From: Phoronis australis
Lineage: Eukaryota; Animalia; Phoronida
Assembly: GCA_002633005.1 (NCBI GenBank)
Contig: NMRA01000484.1
Span: 248,001 to 312,000 of the forward strand
Reading direction: 5' to 3'
DNA length: 64,000 nt
Under the pieces are notes generated by a model that worked only from the letters and a program-made list of their open reading frames with translations, was not told the origin of the DNA and searched no databases. Each line of letters opens with the position of its first letter. Within the stretch, counting starts at the first letter, position 1. A program made the translations under genes and the position numbers. Below, piece after piece: positions 62,135 through 64,000 of the stretch.

Positions 62135-62787
62135 GCTTCGTGTCTCCTGAAAACTTGGTCCGATTTACAACAGCACAAAATCAAGTTTACCAGCCAATTT
62201 TGTAGCAGCTAGCACTCCATGAAAACTTTACGAACTTTCATGAGAGAAGTGCGAGAGCGACACCTGACGACGGAAATATTCAACTGGAGGGGTGACCGGC
62301 GTGATTGAGCAAACATTATTGCTCATTACAGTGTAATTCAAAAAGGATTTCATTCAATCACCTACAATGCATCTTATTTAAAGTTCTGTCGGTTTTAAAA
62401 TTCTTACTTAATTCATTTCACGCAATGTTTCCGTTTAAGCGTATCCACCCCTTTCATGGTTTGGACTTTTCCAAAATCGCTTCCGCTTTGAAAGAAAATT
62501 CGTCTGCAGACGTATGTCGAAGAAAGCCAAAGCCTTTCGGCGCAATTGACACTCAAGGTAAGTTTATTTAAGATTATTTTAAGTCCTTTACTGTATAGAA
62601 AAACTGCAAGCAAAATTACAGTTTGTGTTGTGAATCCTACTTGCTGTTTCATAGTGAGGGAGGGCATTCTGATCGAGTCACCGCCGTGGCGTAGGCGGCG
62701 CAGGCCCTACTGTACTCAGTTTCAGTGTACTGTCTAAAGTTTAAACTACTACCAGGCCTACTAGTCTCTGTAGTGACGAACTGATTC

Positions 62788-63760
62788 CATTGGCGGATCT
62801 ACAGGGGGGGNCCCCCTGGGGACAGACGTCTCCAGCAAAACAAAACCAAACGGTGACGAGCAGAACTACCCTGTCTGTGTGCAATTTCGGGGTCTACGGA
62901 AGAAATATACGCAGTGGGACCTAGCTGTATTTTGACGACAGTCTTCATACAGCTAGCTGGCTGGCTAGTGTAAACCCCAAGTAAACCAACTTGGAAAAAA
63001 ATGAGGGGGGTTCACTCTGAAAATATATTTTTTGCATTGTGAACTGCTGTTATGAAAATCAATGCGTTTCGAGTTATGTCCATGCAAGGAATGACCAAGG
63101 GGGCACTCACATTGACAAAGTGACCGCATTCGCGAATAGTGTACAGTACCAGAAATTGCGGGGAGGCTGTATTTTCACAACAAAGTCTTGCGGTACTCGT
63201 GCGATGTTGAATGGGCCTCCTAAGGAGCCCTAGTGCCAACCTGAACACCTACCATCTTTCTACCTACAATAAGCACCATTGCCGTCTTCTATACTGGGAA
63301 TTTCCGCATAAAGGTCCACCCGATGAAACGCCCATGCCCATAGGTATATATTTGATGTTAGTACTTCGGGTTTCAAGCATTTAGACATTGGGACGTTTAT
63401 TTCGAAAATTGCAAGAGATGCAAATAGGTCCTGGGATACATCGTGAAGGTTTGAAGTAGTCCATGATGAACGGATCAAATTTAGTTGCGCATGCTGTAGG
63501 TCTTTTGAATGGACTTGGTAACCTCAGGGGGCTTAGTGCCAACTGACCTGCGAAACGAAATGCTGACATTGTAGAGGCATACAAGCTCATTGACACAGCA
63601 GTTGACGAAGTGCAAGCGTTGGGAACAAACGGCGAAGATGTCTGGGTAGAATGGTTCCAAGAGCAGCAAACCATTGGATCCGATGTACAGATTCCTCGGC
63701 AGTCTAGACAACAGAAAGATAGGAACAACGTTCCTGGAGAAACACCCAGGTATTAAGTTA
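62788..63760 (+). mobile_element. Decayed hAT transposon (Tip100/P52rIPK-like transposase)
   Basis: hAT-like terminus cattggcggatcta; disrupted frames YVHA, CGTR, ADIVEAYKLIDTAVDEVQAL...WF and IPRQSRQQKDRNNVPGETP, typical of hAT-Tip100 C-terminal halves. Confidence 0.7.
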
Positions 63761-64000
63761 TAATTATACACAGTTTGTAATAATGTCGGTTTTTTATGCT
63801 TGTGTACAATGAAAACAAAATAGAAATTATTCTTGGACATGCCAAATTTACCCAGTACAGCAGAGGGTCTACGAGCGCACAGAAACTGATTCTGGTTTGT
63901 ATTTCCACTTGAGTCTATCTGCTTCATATCCAAAATCTTATTTCATGTAGTGCGTAGTTAAATCTGTACTTAATACTTTTATTCTTCCAGTGAGTGCTAC

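Noticed and set aside
62413-62667. Hydrophobic ORF as wntless exon 1
   Set aside because: The conserved exon 1 is at 62029-62134

Overview
AT-rich, repeat-dense animal genomic DNA with spliceosomal introns; the repeat families suggest a marine lophotrochozoan such as a mollusc (inference). Genes read directly from the sequence: (1) a complete wntless gene on the minus strand (42536-62134; 13 coding exons with consistent phases, 553 aa) containing one U12-type intron, with exons 10-11 present twice across a single N (probably a haplotype false duplication); (2) an MFSD4/NAGLT1-like MFS transporter with a single coding exon (22744-24183, +); (3) two adjacent intronless minus-strand paralogues (794 and 1156 aa) sharing an unrecognised ~30-aa repeat, YDxxxGVCxRYPKxLTHVDxSLxASGSFSxT. 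Main observations: Helentron-like non-autonomous elements whose internal ~150-bp repeats each carry a co-oriented CTCF-consensus motif; a 529-bp foreign insert in one of them with two convergent truncated ORFs, one a compact ubiquitin-specific protease His-box (virus/Polinton-like layout); and three minisatellites in wntless anchored on splice sites, one of which stacks seven copies of the exon 4 acceptor of which only the last is productive. TE remnants include Penelope (with a hammerhead core), RTE, L1/Tx1, hAT, THAP, ISL2EU and several MITEs. All calls were made by eye; no database searches were run.
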